This document shows, in pieces, positions 10,251 through 35,200 of a DNA stretch of 64,000 nucleotides. The notes beneath the pieces were generated by a model. It was not told where the DNA came from. It was given only the letters and a program-made list of their open reading frames with translations, and searched no databases. The first letter of the stretch is position 1. Each line of letters opens with the position of its first letter. Source of the stretch: Lama glama. Its lineage: Eukaryota. The stretch lies in the NCBI GenBank assembly GCA_028534125.1, contig CM052824.1, forward strand, positions 60,450,001 to 60,514,000, read 5' to 3'. The position numbers and the translations under genes were made by a program.

Positions 10251-12487
10251 TCACTCGAGTCAAGGGCTTGGGAGAGGGTGGCCTCCAGGGAAGTGGGGGG
10301 TGGAGAGGGAACACGTGCAAACGGCTCAGAGGGCGGGTGCTCCGAGGGGACTGGCCTGGAGGCCCGGCAGAGCCAGGCAGAGGGTGGGCATGGGCTGCGC
10401 TGGAAGCGTCCAGCTCGTCGCTCCGTGAGGGAGCCTGCTGGAGTGGCCCCTGGCTGGGCGTTGGGCCGGAGATGGTGAGCGTGGAGGCCCAGCTTGGGGG
10501 CTCAGGTCAGCCCCTGCCCCCCACCCCCAGCTCTGCCGACACCCCTATGTGACGCAGTCGACAGGTGTGTGCTCTGCCTCCCTAACCCTTGGGGGTGCTG
10601 CTCCAACCAGTCTGAAGTGTGCAGAAAACCTGCGGCCACAGGGCTTACTCAGCCCCGTGTTCTGCGTGGTCCCCAGAGGCCAGCTTGTAGCTGTGCAGGA
10701 AGGAGGGCCTGCCTGTCCTCCAGGCCAAGACTTGTCCGGGTTCCTTGGCAGAAGGGCACCCAAAGGGATATTTTCAGCCTCAGTATTTACCTCCTCTGAA
10801 ACCACCCTGGGTCTGGGTCCTCTTGTCTCCTGTTCTTCAAAGGACGTGTTCGTTACACTTTTGTTAGTGCAGCTGCTGGGAAGTCACAGCTTAGGGCAGG
10901 AGTCCTCAACCCAGGAATCCGCAAAGCTTGTCAGCAGAGTGGTTTAAAAGCAGGCTTCCCAGCTTCCTCTTCCCTCCCCAAGCCTCTCCATCCGGGAGAG
11001 CTCAGCTGAGCTGCTCTCCCCCTCGGATGTCCGCTAGGGGACTTCCCTCCTCTGGAGCCTCGGGGATGTTTCGTGTCTCAAGAGACTTGAAGCTGACTTG
11101 ACTCCAGGTTTCTCCTGGGTGGAGGGGAGGATCCCTCAGGTGAAGCCGAAGGGGCCACAGGGCGGTGATGTGCGCTGAGGGGTCGTTTCCCCGCTGGTGT
11201 CCGGCTTGGAAAGACAGCCCCGTGCCAGGCCCCCGTGGGTCTGGATGACCTGGAGGGTCTTGGCCCAGGCTCCTCCTGTCAGTCAGGGATGCTGTTGGTC
11301 CTGGGGTGGAGCGTGGGCAGGACAGGAGAGCCTGTGGTGTCCACCAGAGAGGATGGGGCTGTGCCTGTTCGCCTGGTCACTGCCCTGGTCTGGTGTGACG
11401 CGCAGGGGCCGGGGCCCGGTTGCCATTTGCTCTAATTCCAAGGGATCCTGAGAACAGAAGAGCTCTTCTGCCGCTGCAGACTCCTGCTGTCTGCTCTCTC
11501 AGTTCATTCCGGTCCCAGCTGACCACCCTGCTCCACCTGCACCCCAGACCTCCGTCTGTTACTTCCTGGTGGGCATAGGGAGAGGCGTCTGGGCAGTGCT
11601 GGGCATTGCCCCACTTGGGGTGTGTGATTTGTGGTGCAGAGAAACCAGCTCACCGCCCACGGCCCCCCACACACCCCAGTGCTTTGTGCTTCACTTGTGA
11701 TTTATAGCTGACTTACAGAACACATCCTCTGGAATTGGATCTCTGTGACCCAGGACTTTGTTGATGGGAACTTTTGATGAGCTTCTTAAGATGTATCTTC
11801 ATCCCTTTGTGTTGCCTGTCTGTTTAGGAAACTGTTCATTCACAGAGGTGAGTCGGGCAACGAGCGCTTCAGCGAAAGGCGCTCTGGGCCAGGCCAGGAC
11901 CGGGGGCGGGGAGGGGGAAGAAGGAGGCTTAAGACCAGGTCCTGCATCTTGAGCTCGTGGTCCGGGGCTGAGCACAAGCCCGTGACGTCATGGGCCCCTC
12001 TGCGGCCCAACGGGGTGGGCTGCAGAACATCCCCAGAGGCCTGTCCGCTGCCAGGCGGGCAGCTCCGACAGGACAGGTGTGACTGATCTCGGGGACGGAG
12101 GTTTGATTCCTGTTACCTGGAAGAGCTCTGGCCCTCGGACACCTCGGTGTTTCCAAATGTTCTCTGACTTGAGCGTTTCTCGTATGTTCCCCTAGTATCT
12201 TGTCACAGAGCAGCGGTTGCTAGTAACCTGAGCCGCCTCCTCACAGCCAGGGTTTTCCGCCGTGATTTGTCGAGCTTCCTGGGAAGGGCCGTTTGTTCCA
12301 AGGCCACTGCAGCGCTAAGCCTTCTGCTTCTCCCTGCCCTGCCACTCGAGGGCCTTCCCAGCTGTGGGTTACCTGGAGCCACACAAGCGCGTCCTGACCC
12401 GAAAGAGGGGCTCACCAGAGCTCTTCCTTGGAGAGGACTGCTCTGGGGTCTTTTTAACTTGTCCTGAAATGTGTTTCAGGCAAATAA

Positions 12488-24492
<12,005 letters not shown>

Positions 24493-24745
24493 GGCGCCTG
24501 CCACGCCGGACCGCTCTGCTCGTCACTTGTCAGGGACGGATCGCGACTGGACAGGGCGTCCGCGTTCGGATCGGAGTATTTATGTCGTGCTTCCGTGACT
24601 CAGAGCCGGGCGCGCCCGGGCGTGGGCTGGGCGCTCGTGGCTCGGGCTCGGTGTTTCTTTAACGCTGCCGTGTTCGTGGTGGGGAGGCACGACTCCTGTC
24701 CCGTGAGACGTTCGTATTGGAATATATTTAACTGTTAAATAGTCT

Positions 24746-24773
<28 letters not shown>
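24746..24773. repeat. (TA)14 microsatellite in PANK4 3'UTR
   Basis: Read directly from the sequence. Confidence 0.95.
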
Positions 24774-24779
<6 letters not shown>

Positions 24780-27495
24780 TAAATATATACGTACATGCCT
24801 CTGACGGAGGACACGGGAGGCTCGGGCACGCACCAAATAGTTTCCAGAGTGAGAACAGAGCCGTCTCTGCCTTCGCTGTTCGGTGTGAGAGCAGGCAGCG
24901 CGCCCGGGAAGCCTTGCTCGGTCTGGGCGCTTGCAGGCAGGCCCTGCCCACCCCTGTCCGGGAACCCGAGAGGGGGTTCCCTCCCTTTAGTTGCCTCTGG
25001 AAGTCTTAGGCCCACCTTGCCTGTGGGCCGTGACTGCTGCCCCATCGCGTGGCCTCCGTCATCTGTCCCACCCCCTTGCCCCTGCTCCCTCAGGCTCCCG
25101 CCCCAACGCGTCTGTCTGGGGAGGCTCCTGCTGCGTCCCCCACCCTCCCGGGCCCCGCAGCACACAGGAGGACAGAACAAGGCTCTGAGCAGCACTCCTG
25201 ACTCGGCTCGCTCGGAGGGCCCTTGAGGGCTCTCGGGCTTGGTGGCTGGTACCCTCTCCTGCTCAGAGCGTGTCGGGCCGCATGGGTTTGGTCACCACGG
25301 CCATGACAAGCGGGTGGGGGAGCTCACCGGGCCCGGCCTGGGGGTGCTGGGAGAGGGCGGGGCTCCCCCAAGCTGGGCGTGCCCCTCAGGGTGAGCCCCA
25401 GACGCCCATCACTACAGGAGAGCTGGCCTCGGGGTGAGCTGTGCGCCATCCGTCTCAGGAACAAAGCTACGCAGGGGACCTGCTGTTGTGGCCCCCAGGC
25501 CTTGGGGACCAACCCTGAGCACTGAGGAGACCCCACAGCCCAGTGCCCAGGCCCTCCTCACCTCTGGAGAGCCCAGGAACGCGGGGGCAGGCTGGGTAAG
25601 GGGAGGCTAGCAGGCCTGTGGCCTGTGGGGACCTGATCTGGCCCTTTCCCCACTGGTCTTTCTACCATCCTTTTCACCCAGACCCGCCCTGCACCCGCTG
25701 TCCTGCTGGGCCCCCTTCTAGGAGCCTGTGCTCAGCAGTGTGGGGCCTGCACTGAACCTCGGAGAGTGTGTGACAGGTCCTGCACCCCGCCAGCCCCCGG
25801 GGGACCCCTGTGCTGCACCCCAAGTCCTGCCTGCAAGTGGCTCCCAGACCAACCCCAAAGCACTTGCTCGTTGGCAGAGGCCTGGTCCTCCTGTGGGCGG
25901 CCGCCAGGGGGAGCAGGGGGCACGGCCGTGTGCCAGGCCGGGCCGGGCTTGCCTAGCAGGTAGTCCCTGTGTTCCCTTCTCTGTGAGCATGCCCTGACTC
26001 TGACCCCAGCACGGTTTGGCCCTGTGCTGCCATCAGCCCGCACCGCAACACGGCTCAGCTCCCTGCGGCCACCTTCGTGAGGCCTGGCCTGGCCCCCCCT
26101 CAGCCAAGGCTCTTCTGTGTCTTCTGTCCCTGGTGGTGGATCAGCGCTGGCCTGGCTGGTCTGGGGCTCTCGGTGCACAGGCCGCCTGGCCCTGACACCC
26201 AGGGGAGCTCCAGAGTCCCGGCCAGAGTCCAGCTCAGCCTGTGTTGTGACGTTCGGTGGGTGCTCTCACCTGTCGGGCCCCGGCCCTCAGGAGGGGGCTT
26301 CAGCACCCCTCCCTGGGGGTCCTGGGCAGAGGCTGGGAGCCTGCGGCGGCCACACTGTGAACAGGGCACCAGGGCTCTGAGCATAGGCTCCTGAAACCTC
26401 CCCGGCCCCCTGGTCCCCCTCCTGTGTCCCCCCACCCCTTTCCCAGCTGCAGCAGGAAGGCTCTGGGCCTCTTGGGAGCTGAGGGCAGCCGCCGGACGGT
26501 AACTGGGCACCAGGAGATGGCGCCCACCCAGGGTTGGGCGAGGTTTCCCGTCCCCGCATTTCTTCTGAGCCATGGCAGTCAGCCCTCACCCTCCTCCTGG
26601 GCTCAGACCTCTCAGGCCGAGTCCCTCCCTGCCCCGGCCCCGCCACTGGCAGGCAGTCCACCCCTTCAGTGCACCCGAGGTTGCAGGAGCCCAAACACCC
26701 CGCCTCGGTACTCCCTGTCAGGATGGGGCCATAGCTCCCCCAGACTGAGTGCCCCACAGTGGAGGAAGGAGGGGGGCTTCCTAGGTTCCGAGGAGTGGGG
26801 TGGGTCCCCGGCAGAGCCCCCCCCCAGGCCCCTTTGTGAATTTGGGCAGGCGGTCAGCACAGGTCCCTGGGGCCTGTGAGGGACACAGCAGGGAGAGCCC
26901 CCCAACTCAGCACCCATACCCACCAATCCAGCCTTTCAGACGTGGTGCCCAGGGCCTCTGACCCGAAGACAGGGCTTATCCTGGAGCAGAGGCCCGAGGC
27001 CTCCCCGAGCTGAGCCATGGGGGGGACTGCCCCAAGCTCCCTGCCAGTTGCACCCAGAGCGCAGTCCCTTACAGAGGTACTTGGGGTGTTCTGACACGTC
27101 AGGTGGCTCCTGTAGAGGCCAGATCCCAGGGGTAGCAGACAGACCCCCCCTTATGGCCCAGCCAAGCCCCTAGTTTCTCTAGGGAGGGACAGTCCAGGAA
27201 CTGTGTGCAGTGAGACTTCAGGGGAGGTCAGCCCCCACAGCTGGTGGTCCTCTGGCCTGGAGTCCCTGCCCAGGGCCATGGTCTGTCCCCAAAAAACGGG
27301 ACTGGGAGAGAGGGAAGGAACAAGGGTGTATGCTGGGGCTCATGGCTCCAGCTCCGGGGTGCCAGTCCAGCTAAGCCCTCCGTGGGCAGAGGTCAGTGGT
27401 CCTCTGGGTGCGGCACAGACTCTGGCCCGGGAACACTGGGTACACGGCCACGGAGGGAGTGGGCCAGCAGCGCCCGCGGAGCAAGCGTCAGCGTG

Positions 27496-27501
27496 TTTAT
27501 T
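27496..27501 (-). terminator. PLCH2: PLCH2 polyadenylation signal
   Basis: tttatt on plus = AATAAA on minus, about 440 nt past the stop. Confidence 0.8.
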
Positions 27502-27944
27502 GGAGTTTACGAAGAGTCTAAAACATCCCGTACAGAGCAGGGTTTGTGCAGAACAAGCTGCAGTCCGGGTGGGGGCACAGGCAACGTTCTGGATCACCCT
27601 GGGCACACGACAAGCATCCCCAGGGGCCTCGCGTGGCAGGGCCAGCAGACGCGCGCCGGCACACACCCTCGCAGCTAAAACCAGGTGGAAGTGGAGAAGG
27701 ACACGGCACCGTTTTTGTGTTGTAGAAGTTTTGTCTCTAAAAGTTAAGTATCTCTCTCTGTATACACAGATCTTAAAGCCCAGGGCGGGCTCCCTTCCTC
27801 CTCGGGAGGTGGGGCTGGGGGCCCAGGGGCACAGCCGCACCAGGACAGGCGGTGGCTTTGGGAGCGAGCAGCTGTGTCCTGCGCAAACACCGGCCTGCCC
27901 AGGCGCCGGGCTGCAGGGAGGGCACACAAGTTCCCCGGGTCTGC

Positions 27945-29218
27945 TCAGAGTCTGAGCAGGAGGCTGGGGACGGCAGCACCTGATGGCCGGTCAGCGGCAC
28001 CCTTGGTGGGGGCCAGCACATCCCCGCAGCCCTCTTGGCCCACGGAGCAGGCACCCTCAGGGGTGCCCCGCTCCTCCTCCGGGGGTCCCCTCGGGCCCTG
28101 CAGCCGCTGCTGCCGCTCCTGGGCCTGGCGGGCCCGGCTGGCAATGGCACGGACGCGGCTCTGGCTGCGGGAAGAGGAGCGTCGCAGGAAGCCTTGGCCT
28201 CCTGCCACCCCCTCCCCAGCTGGGCCCAGGCTGGTGGGCGACGTGATGTCACCGGCCTGCTGGAACCCTGTGAGCCAGCGTAGCTGCTCCGTCAGGGTGT
28301 CCGGCCGTGCACTCGGCCCTGCTGGCCTCTCCCTGGCCAGGCCCAGGCTGCAGCCCAGGCTCTCCACACGGGGGACAAAGTCATCGGCGGTCAGGTCCCC
28401 GAGGCTCTTGGACTTGGCAGCCACAGTGCAGTCCCAGAGGCCCACCAAGGGGAGGCGGCCCCAGGGCAGCCTAGGAGCTAGGGGGCGGGACTGTAGCTCT
28501 CCAGGCGCCACAGGCAGCTGGCCCGCAGCCCGCAGGTTGGGGTTGGATTTGCTTTTGGTCACAGTGGGCAGGTCCAAGTGGGCGGCTGAGGCTGAGCAGG
28601 TCCGCAGGGGGAGACGTCCTGCTGGGGCCCCTGTGAGGCTTTCACGGCCTGGGCCCAGGCCCGGCAGGGAGAGATCAATGACCGTGTCACTGGATGACAC
28701 GCTAGAGGATGAAGACACGCTGCCACGGTGGCTGCCTGGCTCCAGCCGCTGCCACAGCCGGTCATTGCCTGTGGCATCTGAGTACACGGTGGGACAGGGC
28801 CCAGCCAGGGGCCACCGCCCACCCGGGGACTCTGAGGGCACCTGCGCCTCACTCTTGGCCCTTCTGGGCAGATGGGTCCGGGGGTGGCCCCTGCTGTCTG
28901 TCTGGCTGCTGGGGGCCCCCTGGCCTGCCCTACCAGCGCCCCCGCCGCTGCATGCCCACTGCCTGCTTTCAGGGGCTGGCTCGGGGTTCCTGTGGCCCCA
29001 GGTCCTGAGCTGGAGGGGCCCAGAAGTTTCCAGAGCCAGCCCTGGAGGGCTCGCCGAGTTGGTGCTGGGACCTGTGGAGCACTGAGGCCCTCCAGGGGAG
29101 TGGCTAGGGGCGGCAGCCACCAGCGGTGGTGGGCCAGGACTCAGGGCTGGCTCCTCGGCAATGGTTTCCAGGCTGCACAGGGAGGAGACCGACCTCTGCA
29201 CAGAGAAGGGGCAGGTGT
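27945..29218 (-). CDS. PLCH2: PLCH2 last coding exon
   Basis: ctacag|ACACC...; [35 protein letters not shown]. Confidence 0.9.
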
Positions 29219-32200
29219 CTGTAGGGGAGAGAGAGGAGTGTGTCGGGGGCGTCCCTGTGGCTCCTATGCCCACAGGACCCCCCAGCCATCAGGCCCCTCC
29301 ATGTCCACACAGCTGTCCCCCGCCCTGCCCTCCGGCTCCACAGCTGCTGGGGATGCAGGAGGGAGACGGGCCCTGTGCCCACAGGCAGGGTCTACCGGGC
29401 CGGCCAACAAGGGGGCTGGGGCAGCTCAGGACACACGGTGGGGCCAGGCCCCGTTACCTGGCACTTGGCTGCGCTCAGTTCCTAACTAGGGAGGCAGCGT
29501 GGGGACAGAAAGGAGAACAGCGTGGTCAGCGTGGGGGTGGGGCTGGCCAGCGTGGGGGTGGGGCTGGCCAGGGGACAGACAGAGGCAAGGCTGGGCGGGT
29601 GCAGGGACAGAGCGGGAGAGGGCTCAGCTTCCAGCCCGCCCTCCCCAGGCTGGATCCGCTCCCTGTTCTGGGGGCCCCCAAGTTCTCTGTCACGCCCAGC
29701 TGGGAAGGGGTGGGGCTTCCAGAACAGAGCTGCTCCGGGCCTGCAGGCCTGAGTCCGTAGGGCCAAGTGCACATGCGATCTGCTCCCCTCGGCACTTTGC
29801 GAGCTGAGGCCCCACTGAGGCTCTGAGCCCTGTCCAAGAACCCACACCAGACTTCCCAGGGGACCGTGGTGCTGGCCGGGAGCTGGGACGCCTGCGGCTT
29901 GGCCCTGAAGGAGGTGGGAGGAGGGCCTGGAAGCTGCCCCCGGGTCCTAGCGGTCAGGCCGGGGAAGGAGACTCGGCCCAGGTACTGGGGCCCATGTCCA
30001 GAAGCCCAGCTCTGGGCTGTGGGCCTCAGCAAGCACAGCCTGGCCCTCAGACTGCGCAGTCCCCAAGCCGGGCGGGAAGCTCCAGGGTGAGTACGCCTGT
30101 GGCCAGACCTGCTCTCACTTCCCCAGCCCCTCTGGGGGTCAGATGAGGGGCCCACGGGACCAGCCAGTGGAGCAAAGGGAACGAAGGCACAGAGAGCACA
30201 TGGAGGCGATGGTCCGGACACAAAGCGCAGCGGGGACTCCTGGCCCAGGCCATGCGAGGGCGGTGGGGCCAGCACGGGGCGCTGCAGAGGAGCGTCTGGG
30301 CTTACCGGTGGGGAACACGGGGGATTTACTCCTAATCTCCTCCAGCCTTTGAACGAACAGGGCATTCATCTCCCTCTGCAGGGCCCCCGCCTGCCTGTGG
30401 GCGTCCTCAGGCCTGCAGGGGGCCCCCTCAGGGCTGCCCGGGCTGCTGGAGTCCGAGGACACGGAGTCGCTGCTGCCCAGGCCCCGCTGCTGGGCCCTGG
30501 GGCCTTTGGGGGCCCCTTTGCTTCTTCCAGGGGCGGCTCGGGGGGCCCCCAGCGAGTCCGCCCAGGCGGCACGGGGCTGCTGGCTGATAGCCACCTGCCC
30601 GCCCTCGGGCCCCGGGCTGGGCAGCCGCCCCCTCCGCAGGCCCTCGGCGTCCTCACCAGCGCAGGAGCCCACCACACACTTCATGCAGGTGGCGGCCATC
30701 CCCGCAGGCCCAGGGCCCTCGGGCGCACGCGGGGGCTGTTCCTGCACCGGGCTCCTCTCCGCTGGCGCCTTACCTCGGGGGCTGCGGCGGCCGGGCTCCT
30801 CCCGGGCCGGGGCCTCGGGAGCAGGGCCGGGGCTGGAGGGTGCCCTGTCGCCGGCCTCCCCCTCGTAGCCCACGTCCCGCATGCCCAGGACCAGCTCTGG
30901 GAAGGCCTTGCGGCCTGGCTTCTGACTCTTGGTTGGGGCGCTGGCTGTGCGCCGCAGGAGCCGCTGGCTAACGGAGGGCCGGGGCGGGGGCCGCCCAGCA
31001 GCATGACTGTCCAGGGAGCCGGGCTTTGGGCCTCGGAGGAACAGGCCTTTTAGGCCCAGAGCCTGCTTGACCTGCAAGAGAAGGAGACACATAGCGGACG
31101 GCCGGGCAGCGGGGCCGGGGACCGCCCAGCCCAGTCCAGCCACGCTCCAGCAGGGAGCGGCCTGGGTTGGGCCTGCTGCAGCCCGAGGGGCCAGCTTGCT
31201 GAGGGCACCAGCGGCTGCATCAGGCTGGGGCCACTCAGGGCTGTGCAGAAGGGAGAGGGTCCCCATGGCAGCTCTACCAGGGACAGCGGCTGCTGCGGCA
31301 GGGAGCCAGCGGGCGCTGGCGGGAGGGCTGCAGGTCTCGGAGCAGGTGTGCCAGGGAGGGCTGGATGGGGCAGGCCCAAGCAAGGACCTCGACCCTAGCC
31401 CTCAGCGGCCAGCTCTGGCAGAGCAGGCTGGCCCAGGCACTGGTGTGGAGGGGAGGACGGCCGAGGACCGGACAGAGCAAGCACCAGTCAGGTTCCCCCG
31501 GCCTCAGGCACCGCGGCCGAGGAAGCAAGCACAGCCAGGTGCAGACCGCGGTCGGCTAGCCCATGCTCCTGCCTGGCCCATTCCCCTGGAGAGGCTGCCT
31601 CTTCCAGGAAGCCCTTCTGGATTCCTGCCAGGCAGTTTTTCCCAGCCTCACCCTGCACTCTGGTCAGGGGGCCTCAAGAGCAGGGCCCCCGCTGGCTTGG
31701 TGCCCCCAAACCACTGCTCGCCCAGGGCCTTCCCGGACAGCCAGGCCCAGGAGGTCTGCGCAAGGCCTCTCCCTGCGGCCTCCCTGCCCAAAGAGGGTAG
31801 CCAGGGGCCCCCATGACCGGCCTGGGTCAACCCCAGAGAGGCCAGCAGGGTCCTCACATGCAGAGACCCTAAAAACAGCCATGGCTCCCCAGGGACACAG
31901 AGGCACCTCTACGCAGAGGCGGTAGTGGCCAGCACTTGAATCAGCTGCCCGATTCAAGATCCCAAATCCAGAGCAATTTGGTCAAAGTCGGCTGGAAAGT
32001 CATTTAGAAGAAGGTCCAGAATTCAAGCTCGGAGCTCCTGGTCCCTGGGACCTCCCCCTCACCCCTTGGCACAGACAGAGTCAGAGGGGCACACAGGTGG
32101 GGGTGCACAGAGAGAAGGGAGGGGAGAGGGAATAGGGTGCCGGCAGCTAGGGGCCCGGACATAGGGAAGGACAGGGCAGGGAGGAGGTACGGGAGTTGGA

Positions 32201-35200
32201 AAGACCAAGGGGCCGGAGGAGACGGGCCAGACCTTGGGCAGGACATGCAGGAGGCCTGGCTGAAGTCCTGGACCTGCCTCATAAATGCTGCTCTGTGCCT
32301 GAGGATGGCCCAGGGGACCCAGAATCACGTTCCAACCCATGTCACATGAGCTGACAGTCTCCAAGGTGCTACCAGGAGTCACAGATGCTAAGGGGGCGGC
32401 CTGAGCATGCAGTGGGGACGGCAGGCCGCGCACCCCGGTGCTGGGGTACCTTCAAGCTCCTAACAGGGCTGTGCTTCTAAAAGTAGACTTTGGACATAGA
32501 GAAGCCCACTGCAAGACCAAAGAGACAGAGTGAGGCCGTGAGACACCGACAGCGGGCACGGAGCCGCAGAGACGGAGACAGGACAGACAGGACGGACGAC
32601 AGATGCACGGCAGAGTTGGGAGGCCTGGGGGCCCACGTCCAGCCAGCCTCGGGGCCAAGGAGCAAGGCAGGAGAGAGACGGTTAGTGCTAGGCCTGCGAG
32701 GACCCCAACGTGTGCCTGACAGACCACCATGTATTATGGCCCTGCTGGGCCCTGAGCACAGAACCCAGGACCCATGGGCTCTGCAGACTGGGGAAGCTGG
32801 AGCGAGACCCCCATCCTGGGTAAACTGCTGGGGACCGGTGGGGATCTGGGGCAAAGCCAGATGCCTTCGAGGAGGGATGGAGAACCTGGGGACCCTGAGA
32901 AGTAGAAGGGAAGGCCCAGGAGAGATGGAAGGCGGGCAGGGGGTGCCCAGGAAGGGCTGTGGTGTCCATCTCCCGATGGCCACAGTGGCCCCAGGACGTG
33001 GTCAGGGCTGGCAGAGGTGTGCCAGGGGCCCAGCCACTCATTTCGCAGGTGGAGACACAGTCCCAGCGAGGGGACCGCTAGACCTCATGGCCCTGGGGGC
33101 GTGGATCGGGTGGGGCTGGGGCTGGCGCTGGTGCGCCCCTTCTGGGCAGCAAGTGGCCCTGCAGGTGGCACTCACCTTACCACTGATGTCACTGACGGCC
33201 ACGTGAACAAAGATGGAGGCCTCTTCCATCCCCTCCAGGTACACATGCCGATAGCCTGAAACAGTCTGGGTCACAGCTCACCCCAGCTCCTACCTGCCCA
33301 TGTCCCCCACACTCTACTTAAAGTTCCTAAGGCCCTGAATACAACCTGTGAGTCCAGTCCTGGGGCCTCTGCCTCCTCCAGGAAGCCTGCTGGTACTGCT
33401 GTGGCCTGCAGGGATCTCTTCCTCTTCCTGGAGACCGGGGGACTCCGCAGCTGGGTCTCCCCTCCCCCACCCTGTCTATGGAGTGCTGTGGTCTTGCACC
33501 CTCCTCCTCTGCTCCCTCCGTGTCCCCATGTCCACCCGTGGTAGGAGTCAACTCGCTGGAGGAGGCTAAGCCCTGCCCTGTGCTGGAGCCTTCTGCTGGC
33601 CTGCAGGGGATGCTGACCCAGGGCTCTGCCCTCCCCAACCGCTCCCACGGTGGCCCCCTGCCCACCTGGCATCATGCTGCTGAAGGCCAGCGTCCTTTGG
33701 CCGATGAAGTCACGCCCAATGGGGTCATGGTCCCAGACGAGGAAGCGCACCAGCGCTATCTCGGGCATGTGCACCGTGAACACCAGGGTCTCTTCCCACA
33801 TGGGGTTGAATCCTGGAGATCACCAGGAGGAAGTGTCACCTCTTGCCCCAGTGCCACCTCACAGATGGGCCTGTCCCCACCACAGCTCCAGCCGGGAGGC
33901 CAGCTGGGCCCATGCCCTCTCCCAGAGCCTCCTCCTGGGCTGGCCACCCGGCAGAGAGAAGCAAGCAACACCTAAAGGCCGGGCGGCCATCACTGGGCTT
34001 CCAGTCGGGGCGAGGGGCAGGCTGGCCGGTTACCTGGGTCACAGGAGGGGGCCCTCACCCTTCCCTTCCCAGCTGACTAGCAGCACCAGCACAGGAGCTG
34101 TGATGGCGCTGGGGGCACAGGCTGGCACCTGGGTGCCCATAGCCCCCTGCAGCCTGCCTGGGCCAGGACCCTCACCATTGTCGTCCACCACGCGGGTCTG
34201 CTCCTTGCTGCAGTCCACGGGGAGCCCAATGACCTCCACCTCCACGAAGGGGTCGATGATCTGCCACAGAGAGCGAGGGTGGCACCAGGGCCCGGCAGTT
34301 TCCCCAGCCCCCTCCCTGTGTGTGCCCAGGCCCCGCTACCTCCCCTCGGTCCCCCAGCATGGAGTCCCGTGGCTTGGGGAGCTGCTGCCCACTGATGATG
34401 CGAAGCACCAGCTGCTTTTTGAGCTGCCCCGGCAGGGGGTCCTCAGAGTTGGGGTTGAAGACACCTAGAGGGCCAGGGTGTGAGGCTGAGTGGGGAGGGG
34501 TGAGCCCCCCACTGACTCTCCAGGGTGGAGATCCCTCCCCTGCCTCTACCCCATCCACTGGACGGGGGCCCGGGCCCAGGAGGAGGAGGGAGGCAGCGTT
34601 GCAGTGCGGCGGGTGCCAGGTGGCTGTGCACCGGTCACCTCTGCAACCACCCTATGACGTGGGCCCAGGTCGTCCCCTCCCACCAGTGAGGCATGGGTCT
34701 CAGCACGTGTGTGAGGCCACGCTGCCTGTGGGCGGGGAGCCAAGTACTCTGGAGCCCGGTGGGTGGGAAGCTGGTGCCCAAGGGCAGGGCGGGGGGTGGG
34801 GGTGGGGGGCAGGGGCTGTTCACGTTCACAGCTGGAAGAGGTGAGTGCAGACAGAAGAGGGGTGTGGGCGGGCCAGGGGTAGAATGGGAAGAAATCCACA
34901 AGTGGTCTTCAGCACGTCAGAGGGAACGCTGAAGCGGGCAGGGCAGGGGTGGCCGGGGACTCCAGAGTCCCAGCAGGGTGGGGGGCCCGCCCTGTGCCCC
35001 CTGCGGTCTTCATGCGGCCGCCCCGCATCCCGGCCTGTGTCCTCACCCTGGCACATGCACTGGGGCTTGAGCACGTAGCCACAGCTGCCGTTGGCACTGA
35101 ACTTGGCCCGGTTCAGCTGCAGCATCCGCCCCTCCGACTGGTAGTTCAGGGCGACTGTGGGGAGGGCGGTGGGGCGGCCAGGTCAGCCTGCACGCTGCCC

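Noticed and set aside
27874-29085. 403-aa plus-strand ORF
   Set aside because: Antisense shadow of the PLCH2 last coding exon.
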